Below are positions 56,808 to 64,000 of a stretch of DNA of 64,000 nt, piece by piece. Location: positions 2,598 through 66,597 of the forward strand of contig JBLIRN010000015.1 in the NCBI GenBank assembly GCA_049472315.1, read 5' to 3'. A program made the translations under genes and the position numbers. The notes beneath the pieces were generated by a model that had not been told where the DNA came from, did not search any database, and saw only the letters and a list, made by a program, of their open reading frames with translations. Within the stretch, counting starts at the first letter, position 1. Every line of letters starts with the position of its first letter. The DNA comes from a bacterium (lineage in GTDB: Bacteria > SZUA-182 > DTGQ01 > JAFGSM01).

Positions 56808-57775
56808 ACAGGGACCTCTATCTCGGCGAGGATACTCTCAATGACGTGACGCATATCGAGGTGTGTCTGGGGGGTACCTTTCCTGACGATCAGGCGATGG
56901 GCCAGGACAAGGGGGGCGGATGCCTTGATATCATCGGGCAGCACATAATCACGGCGATTGATCAGGGCGGTTGCCTGGCTGAAACGCACCAGATCCAGGC
57001 CTGCCCGCGGACTGGCGCCATGCTCTATGCCAGGGGTGGATCGTGTCTTCTGGACGATGGCCACGGCATAGTCGATCAGCTCCTCGGTGATCCGGACCTG
57101 TCTCACTGCATGCTGCAATTCCAGGAGCTCTTGACAATCCAGGACAGGTTCCAGTGTGTCTATGGGAGAGGCGCCGATCTGTTCCTGGATCATGGTCCGT
57201 TCCTCCAGCGGTCCCAGGTACCCGAGCCGCAGCCGGATGATAAAGCGATCCAGTTGGGCGAAGGGCAGGGGATAGGTGCCCTCCAGTTCGATGGGATTCT
57301 GGGTGGCGATCACAAAGAATGGCTTGGGAACCGGATAGAACGTGCCGTCTATGGAGACCTGGTTTTCCTCCATGGCCTCCAGAAGGCTCGATTGCGTTCG
57401 GGGGGTGGCCCTGTTGATCTCATCCCCCAGCAGTACATTGGTGAACAGGGGACCGGGCCGAAACCGGAATTCGCCCGACTGCTGGTGATAGATGTTGACA
57501 CCCGTGATGTCTGAGGGCAACAGATCGGCGGTGAACTGTATCCGTTTGAACTGCGCATTCACCGACTTGGCAATGGCCTTGGCGAGCATGGTCTTCCCGA
57601 TTCCGGGGACATCCTCGATGAGCATGTGCCTATCGGCGAGGAGTGCCGATATCGCCCAGATCACCTCCCGGTTCTTCCCGATGATGACCTTCTCTATATT
57701 GGATACGAGCCTGGAGGCCCGATCCACAATGGTCATCTCCGCACAGGCCTTTTCTATATCATCGATCTTTTTCAT
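56804..57775 (-). CDS. MoxR family AAA+ ATPase
   Basis: Walker A EDVPGIGKT. Walker B LLGDEINRA. Typical MoxR length and order. Heads the moxR-DUF58-tgpA operon. Confidence 0.9.
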   Translation of the reverse strand: MKKIDDIEKACAEMTIVDRASRLVSNIEKVIIGKNREVIWAISALLADRHMLIEDVPGIGKTMLAKAIAKSVNAQFKRIQFTADLLPSDITGVNIYHQQSGEFRFRPGPLFTNVLLGDEINRATPRTQSSLLEAMEENQVSIDGTFYPVPKPFFVIATQNPIELEGTYPLPFAQLDRFIIRLRLGYLGPLEERTMIQEQIGASPIDTLEPVLDCQELLELQHAVRQVRITEELIDYAVAIVQKTRSTPGIEHGASPRAGLDLVRFSQATALINRRDYVLPDDIKASAPLVLAHRLIVRKGTPQTHLDMRHVIESILAEIEVPV

Positions 57776-58297
57776 ATCCTACCCATTTAATCGGTCATTC
57801 CGGGATTATGGTCAGAATTTTTCCTTCACCACCCGGATCATCATCTTTCCCTGTCTGGATTATATCCCGGCTTTATAGCTGCTCCTTGCATGCGGGCATG
57901 GTGAAAAATAGGGCTGTTCTGTGCGGCATGCCTGCCCGAAGGCGCAGCACCAGCGGCACTACAAGCAGTATATCATCAAGCCCCTGGTAAGCCAAGAAAA
58001 GACGGTATATAAGAAAGGTGAAATCTCAATGCACCATGTGAGGGGTGATCCATATCGTAGTACCCCATAAGGAACATAATACATTGTTTTTATCCCCAAC
58101 AAGGTATTGGCGTCGCATACTGATGTGCCGGATTTGACTTATGTCAATGCATCGTACGTGGAAGTATTTATAATTACGTGTAGAATGCAATGATTGGAAA
58201 GACGAATTTAAACACTATAGAGATCAGCGATTCAGGATGCATGGCAATACAACAGGGATGCCGGGAAGATCGACCATACCGATGGGAGGAAAAAATC

Positions 58298-58636
58298 ATG
58301 AGGATCATAGAACTGAAGGATGCGGCATTGAGCCCGAATCCGCATCAAGTCGATGCAAGAAGGCTTTACGACACGGATAACGCCCAGGTTGTCCACATCA
58401 TGTTGAAGCCCGGGGAGTCTTTAAAGCGGCACATCACCCCTGTGGATGTGTTCTTTTATGTGCTTGAAGGACAAGGGATCGTGGAGATAGGGGATGAAAG
58501 GGAATCGGTCGGCCCTGACACCCTCATTGAAAGCCCGGCGCGTATACCGCATTGCCTGCATAATGAGGGTGCGGGGATATTCCGGGTGCTCGTGGTCAAG
58601 GTGCCGAGGCCCCAGGAATCGACAAAAATCCTATAG
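58298..58636 (+). CDS. cupin domain protein
   Basis: ORF 58190..58636. Start is the ATG at 58298, after a GGGAGG RBS. Cupin motifs G.S..H.H.....FYVLEG.G and P...H...N.G. Confidence 0.7.
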   Translation: MRIIELKDAALSPNPHQVDARRLYDTDNAQVVHIMLKPGESLKRHITPVDVFFYVLEGQGIVEIGDERESVGPDTLIESPARIPHCLHNEGAGIFRVLVVKVPRPQESTKIL

Positions 58637-59014
58637 GATTGACACAAGGCCCGGCAGACGTCGCACACAAACCCGGGCTTCAGTATCCGATCAATCGCAT
58701 CTATATCAGTATCATACCTTCCCTGATGACGTGGTTGATGATATCCTTGATACTGTTCCTTCGAGTCTCTTGAATCTGAATGCGCTCCATCAATGAAGGT
58801 ATCGAATAATCGACAACAGGGTCAGGTTTGCAGGTGAACGGCATCTGTTGTCCGAAGGATCGCTTCAGTGGTCAACCCCACGCCGGCCCGGGTTAGTCAT
58901 CCTGTCATGGGGTTTCATGGGCCTGTGCGATCCGTATCTTTGAGAAAGATCAAGGCCCGCAGGCAGAGTGTGTGCAGAGGATGATAGGTGAATCGGATGA
59001 ATGGGGGTACGGTT

Positions 59015-59962
59015 ATGAAGAATGAAGCTCAGCATGTGATCGAAATCGATCAACTCACCAAGAGGTTCGGTTCGATCTATGCGGTCGATGCAATTTCATT
59101 CCACGTGAACCATGGTGAATTATTCGGTTTTCTCGGACCGAATGGGGCGGGAAAGACCACCACCATCAGGATGCTCACCGGCCTGCTCTCCCCGGACTCC
59201 GGAGATGTCCGTATCGATGGGATTGATATCACCAAACACCCCATTCAGGGGAAACTGAAGATGGGGGTCATCCCTGAGATGGGAAATATCTATATCGACT
59301 TGACTGCACGACAGAACATTACCATGGCGGGCAGATTTTACGGGATTCCTAGAAGGCAGTTGGATGAAAAAACGGATAGCCTTTTACAGCGGTTTAAACT
59401 GGACGACAGGAAGGACAATCCCGTGAAGACCTTTTCAAAAGGGATGCAACAAAGGGTGAATATCGCCAGTGCCCTGGTTCATGATCCCGAGATCCTGTTT
59501 CTGGATGAACCGACATCAGGGTTGGATGTCCAGAGTCAGCGACTGATCAAGAATATTATCAAGGAGATGAATCAGAAAGGGACCACCATTTTCTTGACCA
59601 CGCACAATATCGAGGAGGCGAATATACTCTGCGAGAGGTTAGCGATCATAGACCGGGGAAGGATCGCCACCATCGACACCCCCGAGAGATTGAGGAGGAC
59701 CTTTCAATCCACGCAGTCGGTGGAAATCGCCTTTGATCGACCGGTTGACGAGCATTGGATCGAGAAAGAGGGATTGACCGGCACGATAGAGAAAATGGGA
59801 GACAAGAGAAAAATCTATACGGATGATCCCGACACGCTGGTGAAGTATCTGGTCGGGCTTGCCCGGGATCGGGATCTGAAGATCATCTCTCTGGAGATAT
59901 GCAGGGCCAGCTTGGAGGATGTATTCCTGAAATTGACCGGGGGTGACAGCCATGAACATTAA
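59015..59962 (+). CDS. ABC transporter ATP-binding protein (ABC-2 exporter type)
   Basis: ORF 58988..59962. Likely start is MKNEAQH at 59015. Walker A GPNGAGKTT. Signature FSKGMQQR. Walker B ILFLDEPTSGLD. H-loop TTH. Confidence 0.9.
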   Translation: MKNEAQHVIEIDQLTKRFGSIYAVDAISFHVNHGELFGFLGPNGAGKTTTIRMLTGLLSPDSGDVRIDGIDITKHPIQGKLKMGVIPEMGNIYIDLTARQNITMAGRFYGIPRRQLDEKTDSLLQRFKLDDRKDNPVKTFSKGMQQRVNIASALVHDPEILFLDEPTSGLDVQSQRLIKNIIKEMNQKGTTIFLTTHNIEEANILCERLAIIDRGRIATIDTPERLRRTFQSTQSVEIAFDRPVDEHWIEKEGLTGTIEKMGDKRKIYTDDPDTLVKYLVGLARDRDLKIISLEICRASLEDVFLKLTGGDSHEH

Positions 59963-60707
59963 GGATATCAACAGGCAGTTTTTCCGCGGCTTATTCATGA
60001 CCACGGAAAAGAATATACGGATCTATTACACCAAGCCCCCGGTGATCATATTCGGTCTCCTGTTTCCCCTGTTCATATTTATGGCCTTCTATCTGGGAAG
60101 GGCGATCGATTTTCATGTCTTTTTTCCCGGACTTTTCGCCATGTCCGTTTTCTTTATCGCCTCGTCGGTGGGACCGCTCATTACCCCCTGGGAAAAACAG
60201 GCCCGGACCTATGAACGGCTGTTATCCTTCCCGGTGGATATTAATGTGATCATCCTGGGGGATACGGTGGCAGGGATGATTTACGGCATTCTGATAAATC
60301 TGGCCGTGCTCGTTCTGGGGTTGGTATTCCTGCAGTATCATCTGCGCATCCTGCTTCTGGTGGCCAGTTTATTTCTGGGGGCATTCTGCTTTTCCTCCAT
60401 CGGTGTCTTATTGGCGTCTCCTTCGGTTCCCAATCCATCACATATCATGATGCTTTCCAGCCTGGTGCGTTTCCCCCTGATTTTCATCAGCGGCATATTC
60501 ATTCCCTTGGGGGATCTGCACGGCATGGGCAAGGCACTGGCCTATTGCTCACCCCTGACCTATCTGGTGGATATATTCAATTTCAGCTTTCGGGGCGAAT
60601 CCCATATCTCCCTGTGGGTTGATTTCATCATGTTATGTGTATTCAGTGCGATATTCCTGTTCTTTTCCAATCGATTTCATACGAGGAATTTGATGAGGGG
60701 ATTGTAA
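59943..60707 (+). CDS. ABC-2 type transporter permease
   Basis: Six TM helices. Overlaps the ATPase stop by 20 nt. Confidence 0.8.
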   Translation: MTAMNIKDINRQFFRGLFMTTEKNIRIYYTKPPVIIFGLLFPLFIFMAFYLGRAIDFHVFFPGLFAMSVFFIASSVGPLITPWEKQARTYERLLSFPVDINVIILGDTVAGMIYGILINLAVLVLGLVFLQYHLRILLLVASLFLGAFCFSSIGVLLASPSVPNPSHIMMLSSLVRFPLIFISGIFIPLGDLHGMGKALAYCSPLTYLVDIFNFSFRGESHISLWVDFIMLCVFSAIFLFFSNRFHTRNLMRGL

Positions 60708-60886
60708 ATGGACAGAAGGAATGCGTTCATCCATTTCCTCCGGCCGGGATCGGGATATTATTGAGACGTGAATGGCCTTCATGGATCGTTCGGCTGTCGG
60801 CCGGGGAGCGTGATGTTTGATGCTCAGGCATGCAGGCCTCTATATGGGGGGCGAAATATTGTAGGCTGATGAGGAGATATGCAAGA

Positions 60887-61051
60887 ATGGAAAATGAAAG
60901 TGATCTCCATGAAGAGATAGTAATGCTCGAAAAGGAGATAGCGGAATTAAAGGCCAGGATGCCTGCTCATTCAATACCTGTAGCGATGCTTCAGCAACTC
61001 GAAGACCTGGAAGAGGCGCTCGATTCAAAAAAGAGGGCATGTGAGCCATGA
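60887..61051 (+). CDS. small hypothetical coiled-coil protein (54 aa)
   Basis: ORF 60830..61051. Probable start is the ATG at 60887, after a GAGGAG RBS. Sequence MENESDLHEEIVMLEKEIAELKARM.... Stop overlaps the next ORF start (ATGA). Confidence 0.35.
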   Translation: MENESDLHEEIVMLEKEIAELKARMPAHSIPVAMLQQLEDLEEALDSKKRACEP

Positions 61052-61230
61052 TCTGTGTCAATCATCCCGAGAGAGAAGCCCCTCTTATCTGCCAGAAGCA
61101 TGGGATAGCATACTGCCATGAGTGTTGTATATGCCCTCAGCCCAAGACCTTTTGTGAATTCAGAGCGAATTGCCCTATATGGGTGCACTGCGTGAAGGAA
61201 TCCGGGGATTTGATCGGACAAGAGGGATAG
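61048..61230 (+). CDS. small Cys-rich protein (9 Cys in 60 aa), B-box-like zinc-finger pattern
   Basis: CVNH-x8-C-x7-CHECCIC resembles the C-x2-H-x7/8-C-x7-C-x2-C B-box arrangement. Translationally coupled to the upstream small ORF. Confidence 0.4.
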   Translation: MICVNHPEREAPLICQKHGIAYCHECCICPQPKTFCEFRANCPIWVHCVKESGDLIGQEG

Positions 61231-61300
61231 GCATTGGCAGGATATGGGAGAATTATATCAAAAAGTCTCCGTTAATCAGTCTATCAAATAAAGGAGATTG

Positions 61301-61411
61301 AGAAACGGCGATTGATGTCAATGACACCACCGTTAAGGAGGAGGTATTGGCCTCTGAAACACCCGTTTGCGTGGATTTTTGGGCACCATGGTGTATGCCA
61401 TGTAGAATGTA
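61301..61411 (+). pseudogene. thioredoxin N-terminal remnant (truncated after the active site)
   Basis: Frame reads [36 protein letters not shown] then stop (TAG at 61409..61411). A TGA lies immediately upstream and there is no start codon. The downstream frames do not continue a thioredoxin. Confidence 0.55.
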
Positions 61412-61476
61412 GCCCGGCACGGCCATTGAAAACCGGAATGCATTGTGATGACGGGCGTTCTTTGGAGGCGGAACAC

Positions 61477-61821
61477 ATGTTCGGCAGGTCCTTGAGAAGG
61501 AAACGAGAGGAAAGGACAATTGAGAGGATGATACGGATCTACTGCTCCGGGAGGCACAATACCGATACCGGCCTCTGCCCTGAATGCGAAGGGCTTTTGC
61601 GGTATGCCCTGGAACGTATTGATCGTTGTCCCCTGAAGGGGCGGAAGACAACCTGCGCACGGTGTACAATTCACTGCTACGCACCTGCTATGAGGCAAAG
61701 GATACGGGAGGTCATGCGGTATGCGGGTCCCCGCATGGCATACACACACCCCCTTTTGACCCTGCTTCATCTTTTTGATGGGTTGCGGTTACGAGGTTCA
61801 TCAAATATCAAAGAAGAATAA
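61477..61821 (+). CDS. nitrous-oxide-stimulated-promoter (YgbA-like) family Cys-rich protein
   Basis: ORF 61312..61821. Likely start is the ATG at 61477, after a GGAGG RBS. Pattern MIRIYCSGRHNT..GLCPECEGLLRYALERIDRCPLKGRKTTCARCTIHCY. Confidence 0.55.
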   Translation: MFGRSLRRKREERTIERMIRIYCSGRHNTDTGLCPECEGLLRYALERIDRCPLKGRKTTCARCTIHCYAPAMRQRIREVMRYAGPRMAYTHPLLTLLHLFDGLRLRGSSNIKEE

Positions 61822-61834
61822 GGAGAGCCATCAC

Positions 61835-62224
61835 ATGCTGCTGAGAATAATCCTTGTGTCATTTTCCTGTCTCCTCCTGGGGGCACATTTTTTAAGAGGC
61901 GGCAATTTTGTACTGACGCTCCTGTGCCTTTCGCTCCCGTTTCTGCTTGTAATAAAGAAACGCTGGAGTCTGGCTGTCGTACAGATATCCCTGTTTATAG
62001 GGGCATGGATCTGGGTGCGCTCGATCGTCATTATACTGCATACGCGGATCACCAACGGCCTCCCCTGGGCAAGGGTGGTAACGATCCTTGGGGCGGTGGC
62101 CATGCTTACCCTTTGTTCGGGCCTGCTATTGTTTGCACCGGCGGTGAAGAAACGCTATCCTCGATGCAATCAAGGGATAGAGAATTGCGAGCATGATCCG
62201 GAGGGTGGGGAACAGGTTCGATAG
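61835..62224 (+). CDS. hypothetical membrane protein
   Basis: ORF 61775..62224. Start is the ATG at 61835, after an AAGGAG RBS. Four predicted TM helices. Confidence 0.55.
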   Translation: MLLRIILVSFSCLLLGAHFLRGGNFVLTLLCLSLPFLLVIKKRWSLAVVQISLFIGAWIWVRSIVIILHTRITNGLPWARVVTILGAVAMLTLCSGLLLFAPAVKKRYPRCNQGIENCEHDPEGGEQVR

Positions 62225-62283
62225 GGATATTCAGGGTGCTTGTGGTCAAGGTGTCGAGGCCGCAGGAGTCAACTGATGCCTGA
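62224..62283 (+). repeat. orphan copy of the cupin gene 3-prime end (encodes GIFRVLVVKVSRPQESTDA*), direct repeat of 58574..58625
   Basis: About 85% nucleotide identity to the last ~50 nt of the cupin CDS. Reading frame preserved. Begins at the stop codon of the preceding membrane-protein gene. Confidence 0.55.
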
Positions 62284-62458
62284 GGAGGGATGAACGGCAC
62301 GGGTGTATCCATGCTTATCCGCGCACGACAAAAGGGGTACGAAACGAAAGTGACATTGCCTCTCCACGTGATTCGGTCTATAATTGATATAGACCTGATT
62401 CCTTTGACCCCGGAGGGTCAGAATCATTAGGTGTTCTTCGGGCTGCGGGCAAAAGGCC

Positions 62459-64000
62459 ATGAACACGATGACGATAGTGTATGAGAAGTTTTGGACGTCG
62501 AAGGGCATCGTGGCATGCCTTATCGTTCTCATGGTGCTTGCCGGAGTCTCCTCATTTCCCTGTGCCCAGACCATTTGGCCTGGGCCACATTGGAGTGAAC
62601 TGCACGATCCACCACTCGTCTACAAGGTTCTTGAATCCGGCGATATCCTTATCGATGACTTTGAATCCGGCAGCCTTAAGGATAATGGCTGGGGGGATTA
62701 CGTTTATGGCAATGGGTTGGGGATTCCGGTATACCCCCCCGAATATCCGGTAGAAATACTGTGGGATTCATCGAAAAAGAGCAATGTCCTTTCGATAGAG
62801 TTTTATGAATCGATATTTCTTTTGGGAACCCCGGGACCTTCAATGTCCAAGCCGATACCTTGCATAGATGTTTCCACACATTCGAATCTATCCTTTGACC
62901 TGCGCTTGCCTTATAGTGTGGACTGGGATGAAACCGATTATTTTAGGTTCGCGGCTTACGGGAAAAATGCAGCAGGTGACAAGCAGATTATCGTTAAATT
63001 CTTCGCCTTGCCGCAACCGGATACCGCTTCTTCAGTGCCCGTTAAATCCTTTATTGACCCTGTCACTAAAGACAAATGGAATTGCACGGTAACGCACTAT
63101 GAATCCGATTCTATAACCATCTCAGTAAGCCCTGCCGGTAGAATAGATTACTTCTCCGCCTGGCACAAGGTACATCTGAATCTTGCAAAGGCGGTCACAA
63201 AGGCTGTCGATGCGTACGAGGAAATTCCCTGTCCCTCTGACTGGTATTTGGACAGGATCGAATCATTTCGCATATTTTGCTATTGTTTTCGTTTGGATGC
63301 CCTCATGTTCACCTGTGCCCCGCCTCCGCCCCCGCCCCGGCATCCCGTTCTCTTTGAGATGGGGGATCTCTCTGCGCAGATGTTCGAGCCTTATAGGTAC
63401 CTGTTCATCGCGGACTGTACGGGTGCGGGCATCGTGGCCCACGATGTTTTTGGTCACGTGAGCACGTGTGATCGCATTGCCGACCTGATGCTCAACCCTG
63501 ACAACTTCATCGTCGCCGAGGATCCCAACGATCCCAACGACCCTGTCGTGAAGTACTGGACCGATCTGGGCGCCGATCCCGACCTGTTCGGGAGGGATAA
63601 CGATCCCGTCATCAGCGATATTTTGGGCAGGGACTTCAAGGTGGACCTGACCCTTCCCATCTTTGCGGATCCCGATCTACGTCTTACCCAGTCCGGACCA
63701 GGACCCATGGCGAAGCACATCATCAACCTGGGCACCCTGGAATGGAACGCCACGCTCGATGGATATGGCGAATACGGCATCCAGGCATTCCTGCTCCAGC
63801 CGCTTTGGCTCTATCCCTATGACGGCATGCCGACCTATATACCGGTTTACTACAACGCCTTGCATGTCAAGAAGGAAACAGGCAAACCATACTTTGGGCC
63901 CGACATGGTATACGTGCTGGAATCCGCCTTGTGGAATGCGGGGATTACGGTATGGCCCAATATCGCGGCCCTTGAGTACACGCCAATGTACTTTGAGGAC
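62459..64000 (+). CDS. hypothetical secreted protein, partial (continues past window end); possible N-terminal carbohydrate-binding-like domain and poly-Pro linker
   Basis: Not in the ORF track because it is open-ended. Verified codon by codon: 514 sense codons from the ATG at 62459 to 64000 with no stop. Signal peptide IVACLIVLMVLAGVSSFP. DDFESGSLKDNGW motif. PPPPPPRHP linker. Local GC is clearly lower than the window average. Confidence 0.7.
   Translation, partial: MNTMTIVYEKFWTSKGIVACLIVLMVLAGVSSFPCAQTIWPGPHWSELHDPPLVYKVLESGDILIDDFESGSLKDNGWGDYVYGNGLGIPVYPPEYPVEILWDSSKKSNVLSIEFYESIFLLGTPGPSMSKPIPCIDVSTHSNLSFDLRLPYSVDWDETDYFRFAAYGKNAAGDKQIIVKFFALPQPDTASSVPVKSFIDPVTKDKWNCTVTHYESDSITISVSPAGRIDYFSAWHKVHLNLAKAVTKAVDAYEEIPCPSDWYLDRIESFRIFCYCFRLDALMFTCAPPPPPPRHPVLFEMGDLSAQMFEPYRYLFIADCTGAGIVAHDVFGHVSTCDRIADLMLNPDNFIVAEDPNDPNDPVVKYWTDLGADPDLFGRDNDPVISDILGRDFKVDLTLPIFADPDLRLTQSGPGPMAKHIINLGTLEWNATLDGYGEYGIQAFLLQPLWLYPYDGMPTYIPVYYNALHVKKETGKPYFGPDMVYVLESALWNAGITVWPNIAALEYTPMYFED

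Noticed and set aside
53746-57514. Plus-strand ORFs 53746..54831, 55653..56474, 56792..57514
   Set aside because: They are antisense to the tgpA, DUF58 and moxR genes, which have clear family motifs on the minus strand.
1-64000. tRNA, rRNA, tmRNA, SRP RNA, RNase P RNA
   Set aside because: Scanning by eye found no cloverleaf-compatible GTTCGA-type T-arms or conserved ncRNA signature sequences in the non-coding gaps. Absence cannot be proven without a covariance-model scan.

Overview
This 64-kb window is GC-rich (roughly 58-60%), gene-dense bacterial chromosomal DNA with a few short AT-rich islands. I found no rRNA, tRNA or CRISPR array. Gene content suggests an anaerobe, possibly Desulfobacterota- or Nitrospirota-like, though the taxonomy is a low-confidence inference. 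Supporting genes are a superoxide reductase, desulforedoxin-like and ferredoxin-thioredoxin-reductase-like proteins, a sulfatase-like/TPR protein, a multi-PAS hybrid kinase and an LVIVD propeller protein. I call about 55 CDSs.

The most interesting structures are:

- A starch-like glucan phosphorylation locus. A genuine alpha-glucan water dikinase (GWD) homolog is overlapped by a sugar-phosphate isomerase and followed by a rhodanese and a dual-specificity-type phosphatase. A GH13 amylase and a GH77 MalQ also lie in the window.
- A membrane-lipid remodelling cluster: DedA/TVP38, an EEP phosphoesterase, a phospholipase D, and a PLD::DedA fusion. A MazF/PemK toxin-antitoxin cassette is inserted into it, flanked by degenerate direct copies of the fusion gene's 3-prime end.
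- A second mosaic block carrying an ABC-2 exporter, a translationally coupled pair of small Cys-rich proteins, a thioredoxin remnant, a YgbA-like gene and a membrane protein. It is flanked by direct copies of the 3-prime end of a cupin gene.
- A 209-bp MITE-like element with 32-bp perfect terminal inverted repeats between tsaC and the dikinase.
- Two convergent operons, each led by a paralogous TetR regulator.
- A 20-bp AT-rich palindrome (GTTAGTAAATATTTACTAAC-like) recurring in at least three intergenic regions.

Many long ORFs in the six-frame track are antisense artefacts of the high GC content and are rejected below.
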